DNA of 64,000 nt from Myxococcota bacterium (GTDB lineage: Bacteria > Myxococcota > B64-G9), in contig DATKYQ010000040.1 in NCBI GenBank assembly GCA_035528415.1, positions 28,296 through 92,295 of the forward strand, written 5' to 3'. The stretch's first letter is position 1. Every line of letters starts with the position of its first letter. The notes under the pieces are model-generated. The model did no database searches and was not told the origin of the DNA. It worked only from the letters and a program-made list of their open reading frames with translations. Made by a program: the position numbers and the translations under genes. This document shows positions 1 to 7,859 of this stretch, in pieces.

Positions 1-1521
1 GACGCATGTCGCGGCGGATACGGCAAACATGGCGCCGAAGGCCGCGTCGCCCACATTGCGGCGGAAGAACAACCAGGCCATGACGAGCAGCCAGGCCCCG
101 CCGAGAACGCCTAAAAATGGATAGGGATCCAGACCGCGCGGCATGGGCCATCCGTAGTAGTAGTCGAACATGCTGATGAACCACTTGTAGTTGTGCAGGA
201 TGTCCAGCAACATGACCGCGCCTATGGGAATCGCCAGCATGGTCAGCAGGCGCATTTCGGCGCGGTCAGCATCGTTGCGGGCGCGAGCCAAGTAGACGCC
301 CACCATGACCGCCATAAAAGGAACCACCGGGAAGATGTAGTGGTGGAACTTCGTCTGAAACAGGCTGAAGGCCGCCCAGGGCACTATGGCGCCAAGCAAC
401 ACGAGCAGGTTCTTCTTGCCGGCGCCCTCGAAATCGGATGGTTTCCAGCGGATGATCCTGATGAAGGCCATCGGCAGCAGAGTGACCCACGGGTAGGTGG
501 CAAACGCCAGCTGCTTGAAGAAGACGTCGAACGTGCCCTCCTGCTTGCCGATGGTGCCCGCGGCCCGATCGAAATGATGGTAGATTACCGCCTCGCGCAC
601 GAAAGGCCAGCCGTGCTTTGCGATCATGAAGACGTGCCAGGGAAGAATCACGGCCAGCAGCGCACCGAAGCCGATCCAGTTCTTGCGCGATCCCGCGCCC
701 ATCAGGGTCGTCGCGTCCCGGCCCATCAGGAACACCAGTACCAGTGACAGGGAGACCAGGCTGAGCATGCCGGCGAAGGCGGGATCTTTCACGGAGAAAA
801 AGAAGTAAGCGGCGCAGGCTGCCATGAATAATCCCGCGCCTATCCAGGTGGCCCTTCCCACCCGGGCAAAGAAACCGCTGTCCCAGCGCAGCACAAGGAA
901 AACGAAGATTATTCCAGCAGGTATGAAGAATGCAAGCAGCCACTTGGAGAGAAAGGCAAAGCCGGTCAGCACGTAGAAGGCGATCAGGTGTCCTGGCTTG
1001 CCATGCTCGGATCTGGACAGGAAGTAGTAGCCGATCGCCGGGGTGCAAAGGGCCACAAAAGGCAGATCGAACATCAGCTGGTGGGCAAGCATGGCATACA
1101 TGGGAGAGGTCGCCAGCACAAGGGCAGAGTAAACTCCCGCCCGCCTGGAAAAAAGGCGCGACACCCATCCATAGGTCAGCAAGATGCCAAGAAGCGCCAG
1201 CAGAAAGATAGGCAGGCGGCCTGCGAAGTGCAGCCAGGGGCTCGATGGGTCGTGAACGCCGAAGACAGCAAAGGACGTGCGCAGCAACCACAACGGCAAG
1301 ATGGGTTTCGACCACCACCTGTTCTGTCCACGGTACCAGGTGTCCATCCAGCTGCCATGATCCCCCATCTCCTTGGCCACCTGCGCGTAGTGCGACTCCC
1401 AGGGATCCCAGAATGCGTAGGAACCGAGCCGGGGCAGGTACAAGGCCGAGACCAGCAGGGTGAGCAGAAGCAAAGCCTGCAGATCCTTGTTGCGGACCAG
1501 CTTGCCGAGCCTTTCACCCAT
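1..1521 (-). CDS. Glycosyltransferase family 39 / ArnT-PMT-like polytopic membrane protein (3' end runs off the left edge)
   Basis: Absent from the ORF track because no stop lies in the window. The reverse-complement frame from ATG 1521 (AAGGAG 5 nt upstream) reads MGERLGKLVRNKDLQALLLLTLLVSALYLPRLGSYAFWDPWESHYAQVAKEM... It then shows many hydrophobic helices and stays open to position 1 by my hand translation. Confidence 0.65.
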   Translation of the reverse strand, partial: MGERLGKLVRNKDLQALLLLTLLVSALYLPRLGSYAFWDPWESHYAQVAKEMGDHGSWMDTWYRGQNRWWSKPILPLWLLRTSFAVFGVHDPSSPWLHFAGRLPIFLLALLGILLTYGWVSRLFSRRAGVYSALVLATSPMYAMLAHQLMFDLPFVALCTPAIGYYFLSRSEHGKPGHLIAFYVLTGFAFLSKWLLAFFIPAGIIFVFLVLRWDSGFFARVGRATWIGAGLFMAACAAYFFFSVKDPAFAGMLSLVSLSLVLVFLMGRDATTLMGAGSRKNWIGFGALLAVILPWHVFMIAKHGWPFVREAVIYHHFDRAAGTIGKQEGTFDVFFKQLAFATYPWVTLLPMAFIRIIRWKPSDFEGAGKKNLLVLLGAIVPWAAFSLFQTKFHHYIFPVVPFMAVMVGVYLARARNDADRAEMRLLTMLAIPIGAVMLLDILHNYKWFISMFDYYYGWPMPRGLDPYPFLGVLGGAWLLVMAWLFFRRNVGDAAFGAMFAVSAATCV

Positions 1522-1696
1522 AAATACTCCTTCAAATCAGATGGTTATGCGTACGAAATTAGAGCAAATCCAGTGACGGCTGTCAACTTTGTAACTTATC
1601 CCAGTGGCGAATTTCAAAAATAGCGTACAATAAAAAGGCCCAGGACGTCGCGGGGGGGGAACGACAATCCCAGGCCTGGGTTCTAGTAAGAACCCG

Positions 1697-1719
1697 TTAT
1701 CTAATTTATCTATAGATAA
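1697..1719. promoter_or_regulatory. AT-rich operator-like site: perfect 14-bp palindrome TTATCTATAGATAA (1706..1719) plus an extra TTATCTA half-site (1697..1703)
   Basis: Read directly. It lies in the 329-nt divergent region between the GT39-like gene (start 1521, minus) and the thioredoxin-like operon (start 1851, plus). It is the most AT-rich spot in the window. Confidence 0.3.
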
Positions 1720-1850
1720 TATTTTGTCAAGTTTTACTGGAAAGTTACAAAAATCATGTATTGTTACCCGACTGCGATCGACCTCTTTTTCTTTACTTGA
1801 CCATTTTGACCGTTGGTTCGATTATAAGGACTGGATACAAGGGAGATGCC

Positions 1851-2480
1851 ATGCTTCGCACAATTGCGATGTCTTTGCTTGTTGCACTTCTGGTCTCGGT
1901 ATCCGGTTGTGCATGGGAATCCGGCGGCACGGGCTCGGATGGTGGAGATAAGGATGGAAACAACGCCAACTACCCTCCCCCGCCGTACGGCGCCAACTAC
2001 GGGGATACCGTCGAGAACTTCCGGCTGGAGGAGGTCCTGTGCGGCGGAGAAGCCGCTCGCGGCCGGGCCATCTACGCGGCGAACTTCCAAGATGCCAAGG
2101 CCACCCTGGTCACGGTGCACGCAGGCTGGTGCTCTGTCTGCAAGGCCCAGGCGGCAACCATGGAAGACGGCCTCTACCAGAGATACAAAGACCAGGGTTT
2201 CAGGATCCTGCTGGTTATGTTCGAAGATGACCAGGGCGGCTCCGAAGAACAGGCTCTAATGGACTACACCTGCACCTACCGCGATCGTTACCACATGACC
2301 TTTACCCTGGCGGTCGACCCCGACGCCGCCGTGATGGGACAGTTTTTCCGTCCCACCCAGGCCGGCACTCCCCTGAACATGCTCTTAGACCGCGATATGG
2401 TTATCCGCTACAAAGTCGAGGGCGTCATCCCCGACGTACTCGAGGGCAACATCGAGGCCGTTCTCTCCGAGCAGGACTGA
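1851..2480 (+). CDS. Thioredoxin-fold (TlpA/AhpC-TSA-like) lipoprotein
   Basis: ORF track 1761..2480. The preferred start is ATG 1851 (GGGAG upstream), giving MLRTIAMSLLVALLVSVSGC with a lipobox. CxxC motif HAGWCSVCK. Confidence 0.8.
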   Translation: MLRTIAMSLLVALLVSVSGCAWESGGTGSDGGDKDGNNANYPPPPYGANYGDTVENFRLEEVLCGGEAARGRAIYAANFQDAKATLVTVHAGWCSVCKAQAATMEDGLYQRYKDQGFRILLVMFEDDQGGSEEQALMDYTCTYRDRYHMTFTLAVDPDAAVMGQFFRPTQAGTPLNMLLDRDMVIRYKVEGVIPDVLEGNIEAVLSEQD

Positions 2481-2487
2481 TCTCGTC

Positions 2488-3027
2488 ATGTCTCGCACAC
2501 GGTTCCTCTTGCCGGTATTGCTCGCCGCCATCCTGGTTGTATCCCTGGCCGCATGTTCCGGCGCTACGACGAAGCCGGGCGAGCGACCGGCCCAGGCCGC
2601 CGGGGTCGCCGGGGACTTCGCGCTGCATGATCTCGCCGGCAATACTGTTCGCCTGAGCGACTACGGGGACAAGGTAGTCTACCTGTCGTTCTGGGCCTCA
2701 TGGTGCGAGCCGTGCCGCAGCGAACTGCCGCAGCTTCAGAAGATATGGGAGCGGCTGCGCGGGCAAGGTTTCGAACTGTTAAGCATCGTTGTAGATCCTT
2801 CCGATCTCGAGAGCACCGTTCGGCGTCAGGTTCATCGCTACCGCTATCGTTTTCCGGTCCTGCTGGATCAGGACACCGAGGTGGCTAACCGTTTCAATCC
2901 CACCATGACCCTGCCTTTCGGTGTCTTATTGGATCGCCGCGGCAGGATCGCATACACCCACAAGGGTTACCGCATCGGGGACGAGCAATTGGTCGAAGAT
3001 AAAATCGGCAAGCTGCTGTCCCAATAA
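2488..3027 (+). CDS. TlpA/ResA-family thiol:disulfide oxidoreductase lipoprotein
   Basis: Signal peptide and lipobox LAACSG. Canonical FWASWCEPCRSELP thioredoxin motif. Starts 7 nt after the previous gene. Confidence 0.85.
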   Translation: MSRTRFLLPVLLAAILVVSLAACSGATTKPGERPAQAAGVAGDFALHDLAGNTVRLSDYGDKVVYLSFWASWCEPCRSELPQLQKIWERLRGQGFELLSIVVDPSDLESTVRRQVHRYRYRFPVLLDQDTEVANRFNPTMTLPFGVLLDRRGRIAYTHKGYRIGDEQLVEDKIGKLLSQ

Positions 3028-3032
3028 ACTCC

Positions 3033-4700
3033 ATGCGCCCGCGACATCTAATCACGCAACTTTTAGTGCTTCTATCATGCGCCTCTCCCGCCGGAGCTTT
3101 CGATTTCACTTTTCCCTGGACAGACCGGCAGGCCTCTTTCGAGATCGCCGAGACGATGGTTGCCGACTACCATGCCGACAATTTCGACGGCGACAAGTAC
3201 AACGACGACTACTTCGACATTCGTAACCGCCTCAACTTGAAGTTGGCGGTGGCCGACTTCACCTTCTCGCTGCGGATCGACACCTCCACCTTCATCTCCG
3301 ATCCCGCCGGGGCGTCTCCTGCCTACCTCGACAGGTACGCCCCGGAAAAGTGGTCGGCCGCCTACCATGGCAGGAACCTCCAGGTTACCCTGGGCGACGT
3401 CTACGGCTCATTCGGGCGGGGAATCGCTTTGAGGATCCGCAAGACCGACCAACTGGCCGAGGACACCACCCTGATGGGAGCAAAACTCACAGCACGACTG
3501 GGAGAGATCGAATTGCAGGCGCTCGGCGGCCTGGTCAACCCGACCAACACCGACGGGGTAAGCGAGAAGACTATCTCGGATTACTTCGCGCTCAAGACCG
3601 ACGTGCTGGCCGGGCTCCGCGCCGCCTGGAAGATCAAGAACATTGTCAGTTTGGGCATTCACGGCCTGGGAGTGTTCTTCGATCCCTTCGAGCGCAACGC
3701 CGAGGCCGAGGCGCAGATCGACACTTCGGTATTGCCCAGGCGCGCCTTCGTTGGCGGAGCCAGCCTGCAAGCGAACGACCTTCTCGAATGGGCCGATCTT
3801 TACGCCGAGTTCGATTGGATGCACAGGAGCTTCAATTTGGCCGACCTGCCGCAGGAGGACGGCCAGGCATTCTTCTTCGGGGGCAACGTATACTACGGCA
3901 ACTGGACATTCACGGCCGAGGTTAAACACTACGAAGACTACGAGTTGTACACCGTCTCCGACAGCGGCGACTATTTGAAAACGCGCATCGACTACATCCG
4001 ACCCCCGACCCTGGAGCCGGAAGACATGGAGGTGCGCAACAACCGCAATGTAACCGGCGCAAGGTTCAGGGTAGACTGGCGCCCTGCCGGCGCTGACACC
4101 CTGCTGTTCGTCTCCTACGCGGGTTTCGTGGCCAGAGACACCTTCACCTCCGGCGAAAAGTCGTGGGTATACAACACCCGCCTGGGCGCGGAGCAGGAAT
4201 TTCTAAAGAGAGGGCTGGCCAGCCTGGACGCTGGGTTGCGCGAGGAAGTTCCGCTCGAGTTGGGGGGAGACTCGTTGCAGCTAGTATACCTGAATGGCTC
4301 GCTGAAGGTCCCACTGGCCGCCCGTCACAGCCTGGATCTGCACGGCAACAACTGGTGGGGACACCACCGTGTTCTGGCTCTCGACCAAGCCAGTGATTTC
4401 CTCAAGGGCGAGTGGAGCCTGGGTTACTCATGGTCGCCCTGGCTGTCTGTGAGCCTGATTGTCGGATACGACACCGAGCTTTCGGGCAGCAGAAAACTCG
4501 ACATCTTCTTCAAGCCAGCCGGCGGTTCGCCGATAAGACAGGTCTTTTTAGCAGGCGGACTGACCGTGAACATCCATGACCTCGTGGTGCTCAAGCTCCT
4601 GGCCGGTCAACTGCATGGTGGGCCGAAATGCGTCAATGGAAGCTGCCGAATATTCCCGCCCTTCTCCGGCGTACGGCTTGAAGCAACCTTGCGCATATAG
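3033..4700 (+). CDS. Hypothetical exported protein, probable outer-membrane beta-barrel
   Basis: Signal peptide MRPRHLITQLLVLLSCASPAGA/FDF. 555 aa, aromatic- and Gly-rich with alternating strand-like segments. Starts 5 nt after the TlpA-like gene. Cys pair near the C-terminus (GPKCVNGSCRIF). Confidence 0.55.
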   Translation: MRPRHLITQLLVLLSCASPAGAFDFTFPWTDRQASFEIAETMVADYHADNFDGDKYNDDYFDIRNRLNLKLAVADFTFSLRIDTSTFISDPAGASPAYLDRYAPEKWSAAYHGRNLQVTLGDVYGSFGRGIALRIRKTDQLAEDTTLMGAKLTARLGEIELQALGGLVNPTNTDGVSEKTISDYFALKTDVLAGLRAAWKIKNIVSLGIHGLGVFFDPFERNAEAEAQIDTSVLPRRAFVGGASLQANDLLEWADLYAEFDWMHRSFNLADLPQEDGQAFFFGGNVYYGNWTFTAEVKHYEDYELYTVSDSGDYLKTRIDYIRPPTLEPEDMEVRNNRNVTGARFRVDWRPAGADTLLFVSYAGFVARDTFTSGEKSWVYNTRLGAEQEFLKRGLASLDAGLREEVPLELGGDSLQLVYLNGSLKVPLAARHSLDLHGNNWWGHHRVLALDQASDFLKGEWSLGYSWSPWLSVSLIVGYDTELSGSRKLDIFFKPAGGSPIRQVFLAGGLTVNIHDLVVLKLLAGQLHGGPKCVNGSCRIFPPFSGVRLEATLRI

Positions 4701-4757
4701 GCCCGTACCTGGTAGACTGGCGCTGTTATGCTTAATATGTAGGGAGGATCGAGTCAT

Positions 4758-5348
4758 ATGAATGTCTATGGGCGTCTTGGTTTGCTTGCGGCTCTTATGT
4801 TTCTCTTCCACGGCTGTCTCAACGATGGATCCGGCAATCAGGACTCCGGCCCGGAGTGCAAAAGCAACGACGACTGTACTCTCCCCAAGACCTGCCAGCC
4901 GGACGGAACCTGCCTCTTCATCGATCCGGACGCCAACCGGGCCACCGGCACCTTCGAACTGCGCATGAACTCGAGCAGCGGCAGTGCGGATGTCAGCGGA
5001 AAGCTCGACGGCAAGGGTTTCTTCATGAACATCGGCGGCCAGGTTCAGTTCGACTCCGGACAAGGTGTGGTGACTTTGGAAATATACGGCGTGCTGACGT
5101 CGAATCTGCTGAACGGCTTGACTTTCGAGTTGCCTACCGATCCACCCCTGAACCAGGAAGTGAAATTCGGAGCAAGCGGTGTTGCCGATGGAACATTCGA
5201 CCTGATAAACATCGACAACGACGGCTACGAAACAAGCCGGCACTCGACCGCCGACATCACCGGCGGCGGTGTAACTTTCACCAAGTTCTCCCTGACGAGC
5301 AACCAGGCCGTGGAGGGCAGCCTCGACATTCAGCTCAAGAGTCGCTGA
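4758..5348 (+). CDS. Hypothetical lipoprotein
   Basis: Lipobox LFHGC, then a small Cys-knot-like segment (ECKSNDDCTLPKTCQPDGTC) and a beta-rich body. Confidence 0.6.
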   Translation: MNVYGRLGLLAALMFLFHGCLNDGSGNQDSGPECKSNDDCTLPKTCQPDGTCLFIDPDANRATGTFELRMNSSSGSADVSGKLDGKGFFMNIGGQVQFDSGQGVVTLEIYGVLTSNLLNGLTFELPTDPPLNQEVKFGASGVADGTFDLINIDNDGYETSRHSTADITGGGVTFTKFSLTSNQAVEGSLDIQLKSR

Positions 5349-6378
5349 GATCCAGTTCAAGAGCCAGCGGAAAGGCCATCACCTGCTCAATCGATTCTCT
5401 GCCGCACACGAGCATCACCAGCCTGTCGACGCCCAGCGCGCAACCTGAACATTGCGGCAGTCCTTCTTCGAGTGCGGCTAGAAATCTCTCGTCCAACTCG
5501 GGCACTCGTTTTCCGAGCCTGCTCCTTTCGGTGCGCTGCATCTCGAACCTGGCCCGCTGCTGGCAGGCGTCGGTCAGCTCGCCGTAGCCGTTACATAGTT
5601 CCAGCCCGCCCGCATACAGCTCGAACCTTTCTGCCAACCAGAGCTGCCTTGGTCTCAACCTGGCCAGCGCGGCCATCTGGGCCGGGTAGTCATACAGGAA
5701 AACGGGACCGATGGGCTTGAGCTTGTCCTCCACCCTTTCGATCAGCACACGGTTAATCAGATCGTCGAAGCTGTCATCCGGCGCCGTCGCGACCCCGGCG
5801 CGATCGAGGGCCGCGCGGGTCTCGTTCTCGGAGAAATCCTCAGGCAGTTCGATTCCGCCCAGTTCGCCTATCGCCCTGATGAGCGTGTAGCGCCCGAAGG
5901 GCTCTGTCGGAAACAGGCCCGACTGGACAACCTCAGCGACACTGCGCACAAGTTCTTCAGTGAAGTCCATCATCTGCTCGACGGTGCAACCCACCTGGTA
6001 CCACTCGAGACCGGTGAATTCCGGGTTGTGCCGTGCCGTCAGCTCGCCGTTTCTGAAAAACGGGCCGATCTGGAAGATACGTTCCATCCCAGCCGTCAGC
6101 ATGCGCTTCATGTGGAACTCCGGCGAGGTGGGCAAGAAAAGCGTCCTCTCCTGCGCGCCTTCGAGCCGCAGCCTGGTGCTGAAGCTTTCGAGATGTAGCG
6201 CAGGATCGGCCGTCAACGCCAGGCAGGGGGTGCTCACCTCGACGAAGTCGCGCTCCACGAAGAACGATCTTATCGCCCCCAGTATGCGGGCACGCGCGCG
6301 CAGGGTGCCGAGCAGCGCGGGATCGGCGCGCACACGTCGGCTAAAAGAAGAACCGCTTTCAGCTTTCATCCTCTGCAC
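5335..6378 (-). CDS. epmA: EF-P lysine aminoacylase (truncated class II LysRS paralog, GenX/PoxA)
   Basis: Collinear with my memory of E. coli EpmA: FFVERDFVEVSTPCL, TSPEFHMKRML, FRNGELTARHNPEFTGLEWY, ERFELYAGGLELCNGYGELTD, CSGCALGVDRLVML. Confidence 0.85.
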   Translation of the reverse strand: MQRMKAESGSSFSRRVRADPALLGTLRARARILGAIRSFFVERDFVEVSTPCLALTADPALHLESFSTRLRLEGAQERTLFLPTSPEFHMKRMLTAGMERIFQIGPFFRNGELTARHNPEFTGLEWYQVGCTVEQMMDFTEELVRSVAEVVQSGLFPTEPFGRYTLIRAIGELGGIELPEDFSENETRAALDRAGVATAPDDSFDDLINRVLIERVEDKLKPIGPVFLYDYPAQMAALARLRPRQLWLAERFELYAGGLELCNGYGELTDACQQRARFEMQRTERSRLGKRVPELDERFLAALEEGLPQCSGCALGVDRLVMLVCGRESIEQVMAFPLALELDLSDS

Positions 6379-6892
6379 CGCGGTCGATATCTTTTTCGAA
6401 GCCCAGGCTCGACATATCGGGCATGCGATCGACGAAGACGATACCGTTCAGGTGATCGATCTCGTGTTGCAGCACCCTGGCCGGGAAATCCTTGAAACGC
6501 TTCTCGATAGGCTTCCCCCGGCGGTCGAGCGCGCGCAAGAGCAGCGAAGCATGCCGCGGAACCACTCCGCGAAGATCCCTGAGCGACAGGCACCCCTCCC
6601 AGCCATCCTCGAACTCTGCGGACATCTCGGACAGTTCGGGGTTTACAAGCACTGTTGGCTCCACACCTGCACCGCCGGCGTCCATTTCGGGCGGCACCCA
6701 GAAAGCCAACACCCTGATCGACTGAAATACCTGGGGAGCGGCCAGGCCGGCACCCTGGTGGAAAACCATGCTCTCGAGCAGGCTGTCTGCGAATTCCTGA
6801 AAAGCGGCCGTTTCAATCTTGGCCGGATCGACCCCGGTGGCCTTACGGCGAAGCACCGGCTGACCCAGGCTGGCAACTTGAAATATCGCCAT
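6359..6892 (-). CDS. def: Peptide deformylase
   Basis: The three PDF motifs are present: GAGLAAPQ, EGCLS, QHEIDHLNG. Start moved to ATG 6892 (MAIFQVASLG), directly after the stop of the upstream gene. Confidence 0.9.
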   Translation of the reverse strand: MAIFQVASLGQPVLRRKATGVDPAKIETAAFQEFADSLLESMVFHQGAGLAAPQVFQSIRVLAFWVPPEMDAGGAGVEPTVLVNPELSEMSAEFEDGWEGCLSLRDLRGVVPRHASLLLRALDRRGKPIEKRFKDFPARVLQHEIDHLNGIVFVDRMPDMSSLGFEKDIDRGAEDES

Positions 6893-6893
6893 T

Positions 6894-7091
6894 TCACTCA
6901 CCCGCCTCTTTCTCGGGGTTAGCGTTGTTGCGCGTGAAAAGAACAAAAGCCATGGCCGGTCTTTTCGACGCGTCACGCATGGCGAACTGCATGCCGTCGA
7001 AGATCCAGCCTTGTGAAACCCACTCGTTGATGATCCTCTCGAGGTCTTCGTCGGTGACCACGCTGGTTTCTACCACCTTGTATTTCAACAT
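6894..7091 (-). CDS. Small DUF4177-like protein
   Basis: MLKYKVVETSVVTDEDLERIINEWVSQGWIFDGMQF... Start ATG 7091 is preceded by AAGGAGC. The longer track ORF (to 7229) has no RBS. Confidence 0.55.
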   Translation of the reverse strand: MLKYKVVETSVVTDEDLERIINEWVSQGWIFDGMQFAMRDASKRPAMAFVLFTRNNANPEKEAGE

Positions 7092-7243
7092 CTTTAGCTC
7101 CTTGCTGCGGCACAGATGGTGAATTATACCCTCGCACGCGGGACTGTCAACGCCCGTCGAGCCCGGTAAATAATGTATTGATTGCCGGCCGCGTCCTGCG
7201 ATAGTCTTGCTCAGTTGTAGCCTGTCCAAGGAGAACGATCGCG

Positions 7244-7768
7244 ATGGAAATCGTCCGGCATTACCTCGAATTCTTTCTCAGCGAGGGCGAGGAGGCGTTT
7301 CTCGGGTGTTTCAACCACCCCTTTTTGCTTTACCCCGAGAAACACGCCGCCGCCGGCTTCGCGACCTACCATACGCGTATGGCCGATCGCGGGGAGGGCG
7401 CGCACATCGCGGGAAGCGGCAAGGAAATCAAGCAGTTCAAGGTATTGCCGCCCAACGCCGAGCTGGGCTCGAAATATCCGGCCAAGCTGCTTGTCGGGCG
7501 CAGTACCGAGCGCGAATTCTCGATCGACCACTCGACCGTCTCTAAGCGCCATGCCTTTCTGATGTTTGACGACGAAAAGAAAGCCTACAAGTTGGGCGAC
7601 GCTGGCTCCACCAACGGAACCTTCCTCAACGGCCAGAATGTCGAATCGGGAGAACCGGTATACGTCCGCGACGGCAACATCATCTCTTTCGGCGACTGTG
7701 ACTACATGTTCTTCTCGCCGCACGGCTTTGTCGAGTTGCTAAAACGTCTCAAGGCCGAGGAATCCTGA
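7244..7768 (+). CDS. FHA-domain protein
   Basis: C-terminal FHA signature GRSTEREFSIDHSTVSKRHAFL...GSTNGTFLNG. AAGGAG RBS. The 3' end overlaps the convergent VWA gene by 20 nt. Confidence 0.8.
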   Translation: MEIVRHYLEFFLSEGEEAFLGCFNHPFLLYPEKHAAAGFATYHTRMADRGEGAHIAGSGKEIKQFKVLPPNAELGSKYPAKLLVGRSTEREFSIDHSTVSKRHAFLMFDDEKKAYKLGDAGSTNGTFLNGQNVESGEPVYVRDGNIISFGDCDYMFFSPHGFVELLKRLKAEES

Positions 7769-7859
7769 CAGCGCGCTTCTTACCCGCTACTGCAGCAAGA
7801 AGAAGCAGGAGCAGCCAAGCGGCCCCGCTGCCAGGCCGGCCGTGGGAACAGCCGCAGCC
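7749..7859 (-). other. MYXO-CTERM-like sorting signal of the VWA protein
   Basis: GCGCSHGRPGSGAAWLLLLLLAAVAGKKRAVRIPRP: a Gly-Cys signature, a hydrophobic helix and a basic cluster at the extreme C-terminus. Confidence 0.5.
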
